Of a DNA stretch of 64,000 nt, positions 27,688 through 35,595 are shown in pieces. The stretch covers positions 95,900 through 159,899 of the forward strand of contig CAYZCW010000003.1 of the NCBI GenBank assembly GCA_964477035.1, read 5' to 3'. Numbering within the stretch: the stretch's first letter is position 1; each line of letters begins with the position of its first letter. The notes under the pieces were generated by a model that was given only the letters and a program-made list of their open reading frames with translations, did no database searches and was not told where the DNA came from. This DNA is from an uncultured Bacteroidales bacterium (lineage in GTDB: Bacteria > Bacteroidota > Bacteroidia > Bacteroidales > UBA7960). The position numbers and the translations under genes were made by a program.

Positions 27688-27695
27688 TACTTTTG
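27688..27695 (+). promoter_or_regulatory. candidate -7 promoter box (TACTTTTG) for the carboxyltransferase operon
   Basis: Exact TAnnTTTG, 28 nt upstream of the ATG at 27723. Confidence 0.4.
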
Positions 27696-27722
27696 GGGGT
27701 TTTTTCATAACAAACGGAAGCT

Positions 27723-29270
27723 ATGTCAATTAAACAGAAGACCCTCGACCTGAAGAAGCGGATGCAGGGTGCTTTACAGGGAGGCGGCGCCAAAGCCATC
27801 GAAAAACAGGTGGCCATGGGCAAGATGACGGCCCGGGAACGCATTGTGTCGTTGCTCGACCCGAATTCCTTTCACGAGTATGACCTGTTCGTGGAACATG
27901 CCGCCAAGGATTTCGACATGGACAAGAAACACCTGCCCGGCGACGGGGTCATCACCGGCACCGGGACCATCAACGGGCATCCGGTGTGCATCTATGCGCA
28001 GGACTTCACCGTGGCCGGCGGATCCCTCGGGCTGATGCACGCCCGCAAGATCGGCAAGATCATGGACCATGCCATGAACCTAAAGATCCCGATCATCGGC
28101 ATCAACGATTCCGGGGGCGCCCGCATCCAGGAGGGAGTGAATTCCCTGGCCGGATACGGGGAGATATTCTTCCGCAATACGCAGGCTTCGGGCGTGATCC
28201 CGCAGATCTCCGTGATCCTGGGACCCTGTGCGGGAGGGGCGGTTTACTCCCCTGCCCTGACCGACTTCGTGTTCGTGGTGGACAAGATCTCCAAGATGTT
28301 CATCACCGGACCGGAGGTCATCAAGTCCGTGCTGGGGGAGGAGATCAGCATGGAGGAGCTGGGAGGCGCCCGGGTGCATTCGGAGATCACCGGCAACGCC
28401 CATTTCTTCGCCGAGAGCGAGGCGGAATGCTTCCAGATGATCAAGAAGCTGGTGTCCTACATCCCCTGGAACAACCAGCGGAAAGCGGCCGCCTTCCCCA
28501 AAAAGACGCCCAAACTCCGTCAATACCGCATCGACCATATCATCCCGACCGATCCGAGGGAACCCTATGATGTCCGGGACGTGATCCGCGCCATCAGCGA
28601 CGACAGCGACTTCTTCGAGGTCATGGAGCTGTTTGCCGCCAATATGGTGATCGGCTTCGGGCGCCTCAACGGGGAAACCGTGGGCTTCGTGGCCAACCAG
28701 CCGCTGGTGCTGGCCGGGGTCCTCGATGTGGACTCCTCCGACAAGGCGGCCCGGTTCATCCGGTACTGCGACGCCTTCAATATCCCGCTGGTCACCCTGG
28801 TCGACCTGCCGGGCTACCTGCCCGGGATCGACCAGGAACATGCCGGGGTGATCCGGCACGGGGCCAAGATCCTTTATTCCTACAGCGAGGCCACGGTGCC
28901 CAAACTGACAGTCATCCTGCGCAAGGCATACGGGGGTGGGTACATCGCCATGTGTTCACGGCACCTGAAGGCCGATTTTGTCTTCGCCTGGCCGACCGCC
29001 GAAATTGCGGTCATGGGACCCGAAGGGGCCGCCAACATCATCTTCCGCCAGGAGATCCTCCAATCCAAAAACCCGGAAGAGACCCGGCAGAAGAAGGTGG
29101 ACGAATACAAGAAGAAGTTTGCCAACCCATACGTGGCGGCCGCACACGGGTATATCGACGCCGTGATCGAACCCTCGGAAACGCGCCGCTTCCTGATCCA
29201 CGCCATGGACATCTCCTCCCAGAAGTCCCAGCTCGTCCCACAGAAGAAACACGGGATCCCCCCGTTTTAA
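27723..29270 (+). CDS. acyl-CoA carboxylase carboxyltransferase subunit (propionyl-CoA carboxylase beta / methylmalonyl-CoA decarboxylase alpha family)
   Basis: 515 aa with full-length family resemblance: GKMTARERI..LLDP.SF.E, GDGVITGTGTINGHPVCIYAQDFTVAGGSLG, INDSGGARIQEGV, PGYLPGIDQEHAGVIRHGAK. Confidence 0.9.
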   Translation: MSIKQKTLDLKKRMQGALQGGGAKAIEKQVAMGKMTARERIVSLLDPNSFHEYDLFVEHAAKDFDMDKKHLPGDGVITGTGTINGHPVCIYAQDFTVAGGSLGLMHARKIGKIMDHAMNLKIPIIGINDSGGARIQEGVNSLAGYGEIFFRNTQASGVIPQISVILGPCAGGAVYSPALTDFVFVVDKISKMFITGPEVIKSVLGEEISMEELGGARVHSEITGNAHFFAESEAECFQMIKKLVSYIPWNNQRKAAAFPKKTPKLRQYRIDHIIPTDPREPYDVRDVIRAISDDSDFFEVMELFAANMVIGFGRLNGETVGFVANQPLVLAGVLDVDSSDKAARFIRYCDAFNIPLVTLVDLPGYLPGIDQEHAGVIRHGAKILYSYSEATVPKLTVILRKAYGGGYIAMCSRHLKADFVFAWPTAEIAVMGPEGAANIIFRQEILQSKNPEETRQKKVDEYKKKFANPYVAAAHGYIDAVIEPSETRRFLIHAMDISSQKSQLVPQKKHGIPPF

Positions 29271-29283
29271 CAAGTCCGAATCC

Positions 29284-29610
29284 ATGAGCAGGAAAACACA
29301 GAAACCTGAATATGCCCGGCTGGTCGTTGACGATGCGGAGTACGAAACCCTGCTGAACAAGATGCACCTCGGCCGCAAGCCCTACCAGCCCAGGGACCCC
29401 AAAAAAATCACGTCCTTCATGCCCGGGAACATCCAGGAGGTGTTCGTGAAAAAGGGCGAGGTGGTGGAAGAAGGGAGCAGGCTCTGCATCCTGGAAGCCA
29501 TGAAGATGAAGAACGTGCTCATCGCCCCGGCCGGCGGCACGGTGAAGAAAGTGCATGTGAAGGTGGGCGACAAGGTGCCCAAGAATTTCGTGCTGGTGGA
29601 GCTGAAATGA
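29284..29610 (+). CDS. small biotinyl/lipoyl-domain carrier protein (BCCP-like)
   Basis: 108 aa with the biotin attachment motif in CILEAMKMKNVLIAPAGGTVKKVHVKVGDKV. It lies 13 nt after the carboxyltransferase gene. Confidence 0.8.
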   Translation: MSRKTQKPEYARLVVDDAEYETLLNKMHLGRKPYQPRDPKKITSFMPGNIQEVFVKKGEVVEEGSRLCILEAMKMKNVLIAPAGGTVKKVHVKVGDKVPKNFVLVELK

Positions 29611-30248
29611 AGACACGGCTGCTGTTCGCCAGCAACAACCCCCACAAGCTGACGGAGGTCCGCGCGATCCTGGGACCGGACCTGACTGTGTCCTCCCTGG
29701 CCGGGGCCGGCCTGACGGAGGAGATCCCCGAACCTTTCGACACCCTGGAGGAAAACGCCCTGGCCAAGGCGCGCCATGTGCACGCGCGCCTGGGGATCGA
29801 TTGCTTTTCGGACGACTCCGGGCTGGAGGTGGACGCCCTGGGCGGGGCGCCCGGGGTGCGGTCGGCCCGCTTTGCCGGGCCCGGCGGCAGTGCCCGCGAC
29901 AACATCCTCAAACTGCTGGAGCTGTTGCATGGACAGGAAAACCGCAAGGCCCGCTTCCGGGCGGTCATCGCCCTGATCCTCAATGGGGAAGAATTCTTGT
30001 TTGAAGGAGAAGTGCGGGGACAGATCACCCGGGAGCCGGCAGGAGGGCGCGGCTTCGGCTACGACCCGGTCTTCCTGCCCGATGGATTCGATCAGCGGTT
30101 TTCAGAGATGGACGAAACGCTGAAAAACACCATCAGCCACCGCGGCCGGGCGTTGGAGAAACTCGCAGGATTCCTCAGGGAGAGGGGGCTTATTTCCCGG
30201 GAGCAGTCCCGGTCCGGCCCGCCAGGGCCTCCTCTATCAGGCTGCTGA
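29607..30248 (+). CDS. rdgB: non-canonical purine NTP pyrophosphatase (RdgB/HAM1 family)
   Basis: 213 aa with LLFASNNPHKLTEVRAIL, FSDDSGLEVDALGGAPGVRSARFAG, GFGYDPVF, ISHRGRAL. The start overlaps the BCCP stop (ATGA). Confidence 0.88.
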   Translation: MKTRLLFASNNPHKLTEVRAILGPDLTVSSLAGAGLTEEIPEPFDTLEENALAKARHVHARLGIDCFSDDSGLEVDALGGAPGVRSARFAGPGGSARDNILKLLELLHGQENRKARFRAVIALILNGEEFLFEGEVRGQITREPAGGRGFGYDPVFLPDGFDQRFSEMDETLKNTISHRGRALEKLAGFLRERGLISREQSRSGPPGPPLSGC

Positions 30249-31218
30249 ACAGCTCCATTACGGGGATGCCCGCCACGGCCGCCTGCTGCGGCACGATGCT
30301 GGTTTCGGCCATGCCGGGCGTCACGTTGATCTCCAGGAAGTACAGACGCTCCCCGTTATAAATATAATCGATGCGCGCCAGCCCTTTCATCTCGAATTGG
30401 CGGTAAAGCCGGGCCGTGGTCTGCTGCACTTGCCGGGTCAGCTCCTCCGGGATGCGGGCCGGGGTGATCTCGTCGGCCGCCCCCTTGGTGTACTTGGCCT
30501 CGAAATCAAAAAACTGCGCCCCCGTCTTGCTGATGATCTCGGTCACCGGCAGGGCCAGTACCTCTCCCCTGTGGCGAAACACCCCGCAGGTCAGCTCGGT
30601 GCCCCGGATGTACTCCTCCACGTACACCTCGTCATCGCAATCCAGGGCCTGACGGATGGCGGGCATCAGCCCGGAGGCCTCCCTCACGAAGTTCGTGCCC
30701 AGGCTGGATCCTCCCTTGTTGGGTTTCACAAAAACGGGCAGGGACACCTTCGACAGCACCTGGGCCTCATCCAGGGACTGGCCGCGCGAAAACTTGGCCG
30801 AGCGCGCCACCGGCATCCCGAAATGGGCGGCCAGGATGTTGCAGAAGTATTTGTTGAAGGTCAGGGCCGAAGGGAGCAGTCCCGCCGTGGTGAACGGAAT
30901 GCCCATCATCTCGAAATAGCCCTGCAGTTTGCCGTCCTCCCCGGGGGTGCCGTGGATCGTGATGAAGGCGCAGTCGAACCGCAGTTTCTCCCCCCCGTCC
31001 AGGATGGAAAAGTCGTTTTTGTCGACCGCCGCCGTGGTGCTGTCCTCCCGCAGCCAGACCCATTCGGGTCCTCTGATCAGGATGGTATACACCCTGTAAC
31101 GGGAGGGATCCATATTTCTTTTGATCATCCGGGCGCTTTCGACCGAGATCACGTATTCTCCGGAGTCCCCTCCGGCAACCAGGGCAATGTTCTTGTGCAT
31201 GCAGGGAATCTTGTTCAT
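30190..31218 (-). CDS. ddl: D-alanine--D-alanine ligase
   Basis: 342 aa with IALVAGGDSGEYVISVESA, FITIHGTPGEDGKLQGYFEMMGIPFT, VFVKPNKGGSSLG, LEINVTPGMAETS. The true start may be the second Met at 31200. Confidence 0.9.
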   Translation of the reverse strand: MNKIPCMHKNIALVAGGDSGEYVISVESARMIKRNMDPSRYRVYTILIRGPEWVWLREDSTTAAVDKNDFSILDGGEKLRFDCAFITIHGTPGEDGKLQGYFEMMGIPFTTAGLLPSALTFNKYFCNILAAHFGMPVARSAKFSRGQSLDEAQVLSKVSLPVFVKPNKGGSSLGTNFVREASGLMPAIRQALDCDDEVYVEEYIRGTELTCGVFRHRGEVLALPVTEIISKTGAQFFDFEAKYTKGAADEITPARIPEELTRQVQQTTARLYRQFEMKGLARIDYIYNGERLYFLEINVTPGMAETSIVPQQAAVAGIPVMELFSSLIEEALAGRTGTAPGK

Positions 31219-31358
31219 TGGTTTCGTCGGACAGGCCCGGGACCCCTCCGGGCAAACTTAAAAAAAAAACGCCTACATACCATAAACGCCCGATAAATTC
31301 GTTAGTTGAATGATGGGATTTCCCGGGCGGGCCCGGACATTATTTTGTACTTTTGGGT

Positions 31359-32384
31359 ATGCGTTTACTGGACTTCATACGGACCCGGCAGTTTCTGCAA
31401 CACCTGGTCTATGCAATCGCCCTGGGGGTGTTCCTGTTGTGGGGCGCCCTCAGACTGCTCGACCTGTACACCCACCACGGCCGCACCGTGGCGGTACCCG
31501 CACTGGAAGGCCTGCAGGAAGCCGAGGCCAGGGCCCTGATCCGGGAGCACCGCCTGCGCTATGTCATCAACGACTCCATCTTCGACGACACCCGGGAAAA
31601 GGGAAGCGTCTCCTCCCAGGACCCGCTGGCCGGCACGGAGGTGAAGCGCAACCGCACCATTTACCTGACCACCGTGGCCATGATGCCCGAGATGGTCCCC
31701 ATGCCCGACCTGACGGACCTGTCCTACAGGCAGGCGGTCACCCGCCTGGAAACCTACGGGCTGCAGCTCGGGGTGCTGGAATACCGCCCGGACATCGCCC
31801 GCAATGCCGTCCTGCAACAGAAATACCAGGGCGGGGCGATCGAGCCGGGCACCCTGGTGGAGAAGGGCACCCCCATCGACCTGGTGCTGGGCGAGGGCCT
31901 GGGCGAGAACATCGTGATGGTGCCCATGCTGGTGGGCCTGCCCAGGCGGGAGGCCATACAAGAACTCAATGCAGCCACCCTGAATGTCGGCAACGAATTC
32001 TACCTGGACGAGGAAGGGGAAGATGTCCGCGTCTACCGCATGCAGCCCGACCCGGTGGGCCGCAACCACTACCTGCAGGCCGGCAGCACGGTCGACCTCT
32101 ACTACCGCTCTCCGGATGTGTTCGATTTCGAAGCCTACCTGGAGGAGCTGCTCACCGTGCCCGTCCCCCTGCTGTTTGGCAAGACGCCCGAAGAGGTGCG
32201 CCAGACCCTGGAGGCCTTTGGGCTGGAGCTGGGGGAGGAAGTCTTCGAGGAAGGCGTCAGCCTGCGGGATGCCCGCGTTTTCCGGCAGGAGCCCGAGTAC
32301 GAGGAGGACGCCATGGTCCGCAAGAACGAAAAGATCAACATCTGGTACCGGCCGGTGGAAGCCTTTGAGCTGGACAACCTCTGA
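31359..32384 (+). CDS. PASTA-domain membrane protein
   Basis: N-terminal TM helix (LVYAIALGVFLLWGAL), then repeated ~65-aa units beginning VPALEGL.., VPMPDLTDL.., VMVPMLVGL.. typical of PASTA repeats. The track ORF starts at a TTG (31353); I use the ATG at 31359. Confidence 0.7.
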   Translation: MRLLDFIRTRQFLQHLVYAIALGVFLLWGALRLLDLYTHHGRTVAVPALEGLQEAEARALIREHRLRYVINDSIFDDTREKGSVSSQDPLAGTEVKRNRTIYLTTVAMMPEMVPMPDLTDLSYRQAVTRLETYGLQLGVLEYRPDIARNAVLQQKYQGGAIEPGTLVEKGTPIDLVLGEGLGENIVMVPMLVGLPRREAIQELNAATLNVGNEFYLDEEGEDVRVYRMQPDPVGRNHYLQAGSTVDLYYRSPDVFDFEAYLEELLTVPVPLLFGKTPEEVRQTLEAFGLELGEEVFEEGVSLRDARVFRQEPEYEEDAMVRKNEKINIWYRPVEAFELDNL

Positions 32385-32432
32385 CAGGGGAGCAGCCACC
32401 TTCGGTCCCATCCGACAAGAAATCCGAAACGA

Positions 32433-34424
32433 ATGACCCAAAGACTTATAGCCTGTATTTTCCTGCTTCTCGCGGTCCCGGCCATTCCCGCATGGGCCCA
32501 GGAGGTGCTCCTCCCGCTGGAGGCCAATCCGGTAAAGGAGGCCCTGCCGCTGCCCCACAAGTCAGGGGAACAGCCCACTGCACTCAGCCTGCCCTTCTGG
32601 GATGACTTCTCCTACCAGGGGCCCTATCCCGACAGCCGCCTGTGGGCCGACCGGCAGGTGTTTGTCAACAACAGCTTCGCCATACATCCGCGCACCTGGG
32701 GCACGGCCACCTTCGACGCCCTGGACGAACACGGGCAGATGTACCCGCATATCGAGCCGACCAATACCCCTTACGTGGCCGACCGCCTCACTTCCCAGCC
32801 CATCCGGCTCGATTCGGTAATGATTCCTTCAGCCCGTGCCCTCAGCCCGGCCGACTCGGTCATCATCAGCTTTTTTTACCAGCCACAGGGAAGGAGCGGT
32901 CCGCCCACCCCCGATGACGCCCTGAAACTGGAGTTTCTGCACACCCCGGGCTACTGGGACCTGGACGGGGAAGGCGAAGTGGTCTGGGTGGAAGACCTCT
33001 GGGAGACTGTATGGGAAACGGAAGGCATGAGTCTCAGTGAGTTCTCGTCGGATACATTCCCCTGGTTCCGCCGGGTGGCCCTGCCCGTCACCGACCCGGT
33101 CTATTTCCGCAAGGATTTCCGCTTCCGGTTCACGGCCATGCTCAGCTACCCCCCTTCTTCCGGACAGAGCCTGGACAACCTGGCTTCGTCGCGCGCTGTC
33201 TGGCATGTCGACTATGTGACGCTCGGACATAACCGCCGCCGCCAGGAGGAAAGCGATTACGACATCGCCTTTGCGGGCCCCGCCCAGTCGCTGCTGCGCG
33301 AGTACTCGGCCATGCCCTGGTCGCACTACATCCTCAATCCCCAGCAACACCTGCGGGAGGACTTCGAGATGCTGATCACCAACCTGGACAATACCGTCTA
33401 CCCATACTCCTACCGCTACTTCATCCGGGATGAGGCCGGCCAGATCGTGCGCAACTATTCGGGCGGCACCTGGAACCTCCAACCCTTCAGCACGCATGGC
33501 TACCAGGCCTACCAGCCCCATGCCCGTCCGATCGTGATCCCCAACCCCCTGCCCACTGCGCCGGCGGAGAAACGGCATTTCGATATCGTGCATGTGGTGC
33601 GCGCCGGCGCGGCCGGTGACGACCGCCCCCGCAACGACACCCTGGTCTACCGCCAGCACTTCGACAACCATTTCGCCTACGACGACGGGGTGCCCGAACA
33701 AGGCTACGGCCTGACCGGGTGGAACCCCCGCCTGGCCTACCGTTTCACAGGCAGCAAGGCCGATGAGCTGGGAGCCGTCCAGATCTACTTCAACCGCACC
33801 ATCGGCAGCCAGAACAAAGACCGGGCTTTCCGTTTCACCGTCTGGGAAAGCCTTCATCCGGAGGAAATCATCCTCTACCAGTCGGAGGAGGTCGTGCTGT
33901 CCGACTATGCAGACGGACTCAATGCCTTTGTCACCTATGTGCTGGACCAGGCCGTGCCGGTGCCGGAGACCTTTTACGTCGGACTGGCCCAGCAGGGGCG
34001 CATCGACATCCCGGACTTCCTCAGCATCGGCTTCGACTGGAGCCGGGATGCCAGCGACAAGCTGTTCTATAATGTGCAGGGGGAATGGATGCCCTCGATT
34101 TACCCCGGGGCCCTGATGATCCGTCCGGTGATGGGCGCGCCCCGCCTACCCACCACAGCCACTGAACCCGGCAGCCAGCTGCCCCTGAGCGTATACCCCA
34201 ACCCCGCCGGCGGAAATTATTTGAGGGTCAGCCTGGGAGCCGGGGAGGAGGATGACGGCCTCTACCGCATGGAAGCCTTCGACCTGTACGGCAGGATGGT
34301 CTTCCGCGGGGACTACACCCCCACCCTCCCGCTCGAATCATTCAGCAACGGGGTCTACATCCTGCGCATCACCCATGCCGTGAGCAGGCAGAGCGGGGTG
34401 GTCCGCTTTGTCGTTGCCCGGTAA
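32433..34424 (+). CDS. T9SS-sorted secreted protein of unknown function
   Basis: 663 aa with a signal peptide (LLLAVPAIPAWAQ) and an N-terminal LPFWDDFSYQG block reminiscent of choice-of-anchor-type domains. C-terminal T9SS tail LSVYPNPAGGNYLRVSL..GVYILRITHAVSRQSGVVRFVVAR. Confidence 0.7.
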   Translation: MTQRLIACIFLLLAVPAIPAWAQEVLLPLEANPVKEALPLPHKSGEQPTALSLPFWDDFSYQGPYPDSRLWADRQVFVNNSFAIHPRTWGTATFDALDEHGQMYPHIEPTNTPYVADRLTSQPIRLDSVMIPSARALSPADSVIISFFYQPQGRSGPPTPDDALKLEFLHTPGYWDLDGEGEVVWVEDLWETVWETEGMSLSEFSSDTFPWFRRVALPVTDPVYFRKDFRFRFTAMLSYPPSSGQSLDNLASSRAVWHVDYVTLGHNRRRQEESDYDIAFAGPAQSLLREYSAMPWSHYILNPQQHLREDFEMLITNLDNTVYPYSYRYFIRDEAGQIVRNYSGGTWNLQPFSTHGYQAYQPHARPIVIPNPLPTAPAEKRHFDIVHVVRAGAAGDDRPRNDTLVYRQHFDNHFAYDDGVPEQGYGLTGWNPRLAYRFTGSKADELGAVQIYFNRTIGSQNKDRAFRFTVWESLHPEEIILYQSEEVVLSDYADGLNAFVTYVLDQAVPVPETFYVGLAQQGRIDIPDFLSIGFDWSRDASDKLFYNVQGEWMPSIYPGALMIRPVMGAPRLPTTATEPGSQLPLSVYPNPAGGNYLRVSLGAGEEDDGLYRMEAFDLYGRMVFRGDYTPTLPLESFSNGVYILRITHAVSRQSGVVRFVVAR

Positions 34425-34435
34425 ACCCATTTCCC

Positions 34436-35539
34436 ATGAATAAAGAAGGGCATTACCCTGAACCGGAAGACGAACAGGACGGGCAGGAAGAGCAGGAACT
34501 CTTTGAGCACCACCGTTTCGTGGCGGACAAGGGGCAGGGCCTGCTCCGCATCGACAAGTTCCTGTTTGCCCGCCTGGAGAACACCAGCCGCAACAAGATC
34601 CAGGTGGCCGCCCGGGCCGGCAACATCCTGGTGAACGGACAGGCGGTGAAGCCCAACTACAAGGTGAAACCCCTTGACGAGGTGAGCATCGTCATGGCCT
34701 ACCCGCCCCGGGAGGTCGAGTTGCTGCCCGAAGACATCCCGGTGGAGGTCCTGTATGAGGACGGGCACATCGTGATCGTCAACAAGGAAGCCGGCATGGT
34801 GGTCCACCCCGGCTACGGCAACTACACCGGCACGCTGGTCAACGCCTTGCTGCACCATTTCGGGCACCTGCCCCGCCGCGACCGGGAGGACGTCAAGCCG
34901 GGGCTGGTGCACCGCCTCGACAAGGACACCTCGGGCATCATGGTGGTGGCCAAGACCGAGCTGGCGCAGACGCGCCTGGCAAAAATGTTCTTCGACCGCA
35001 GCATCCGCCGCATCTACCACGCCCTGGTCTGGGGAGACCTGAAGGAGGCGGAAGGGACCATCACCGGACACATTGGCCGCAGCCTCAAGAACCGCAAGGT
35101 GATGGACGTCTTTCCCGACGGGGCTTACGGCAAGCCGGCGGTCACCCATTACCGGGTGCTGGAGCGCTTCGGCTATGTGAGCCTGGTGGAGTGCCGGCTG
35201 GAGACAGGACGGACCCACCAGATCCGGGCCCACTTTCAGCATACCGGCCACCCCCTGTTCAACGACGCCACCTACGGAGGCGACAGGATCCTCAAAGGCA
35301 CCACCTTTACCAAGTACAAGCAGTTTGTGAAGAATTGCTTCAGCCTGCTGCCCCGCCACGCCCTCCATGCACGCACCCTGGGCTTCAACCATCCCATCAG
35401 CGGAAACCCCCTGTTTTTTGAGTCTGCCCTCCCGGACGACATGCAGGGGGTCATCGACAAATGGCGGCATTATGCCGTACACCGGGCCATGGAGCCCGAC
35501 CAGGAGCCCGAACCGGACGATCCTGGGATTGGCGGTTAG
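34436..35539 (+). CDS. rluD: RluA-family 23S rRNA pseudouridine synthase (RluD-like, S4 domain)
   Basis: 367 aa with an S4-like N-domain (QGLLRIDKFLFARLENTSRNKIQ), catalytic HRLDKDTSGIMV and TGRTHQIRAH. Confidence 0.88.
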   Translation: MNKEGHYPEPEDEQDGQEEQELFEHHRFVADKGQGLLRIDKFLFARLENTSRNKIQVAARAGNILVNGQAVKPNYKVKPLDEVSIVMAYPPREVELLPEDIPVEVLYEDGHIVIVNKEAGMVVHPGYGNYTGTLVNALLHHFGHLPRRDREDVKPGLVHRLDKDTSGIMVVAKTELAQTRLAKMFFDRSIRRIYHALVWGDLKEAEGTITGHIGRSLKNRKVMDVFPDGAYGKPAVTHYRVLERFGYVSLVECRLETGRTHQIRAHFQHTGHPLFNDATYGGDRILKGTTFTKYKQFVKNCFSLLPRHALHARTLGFNHPISGNPLFFESALPDDMQGVIDKWRHYAVHRAMEPDQEPEPDDPGIGG

Positions 35540-35592
35540 CTGTTGGCGGTTGGCCAGAATCCAATAGCCAATAGCTAAAAGCCAATAGCCAC
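35528..35592. repeat. heptamer tract, two inverted halves: TTGGCGG TTAGCTG TTGGCGG TTGGCC / CCAATAG CCAATAG CTAAAAG CCAATAG CCACC
   Basis: Read directly from sequence. It starts in the last codons of rluD and fills the spacer to the convergent receptor stop at 35596. GCTGTTGGCGGTTGG can pair with CCAATAGCCAATAGC: 12 of 15 positions are Watson-Crick, 14 of 15 with G-U pairs. Confidence 0.8.
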
Positions 35593-35595
35593 CAT

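Noticed and set aside
31310-32368. 352-aa same-strand ORF in another frame over the PASTA gene, and 397-aa antisense ORF 31365..32558
   Set aside because: The translations are Arg/Pro/Gly-rich low complexity. The PASTA frame gives a TM helix plus repeated domain structure, so the alternatives are frame shadows.
34355-35482. 375-aa minus-strand ORF over rluD
   Set aside because: It is antisense to an RluA-family gene with the catalytic HRLDKDTSG motif and has no features of its own.
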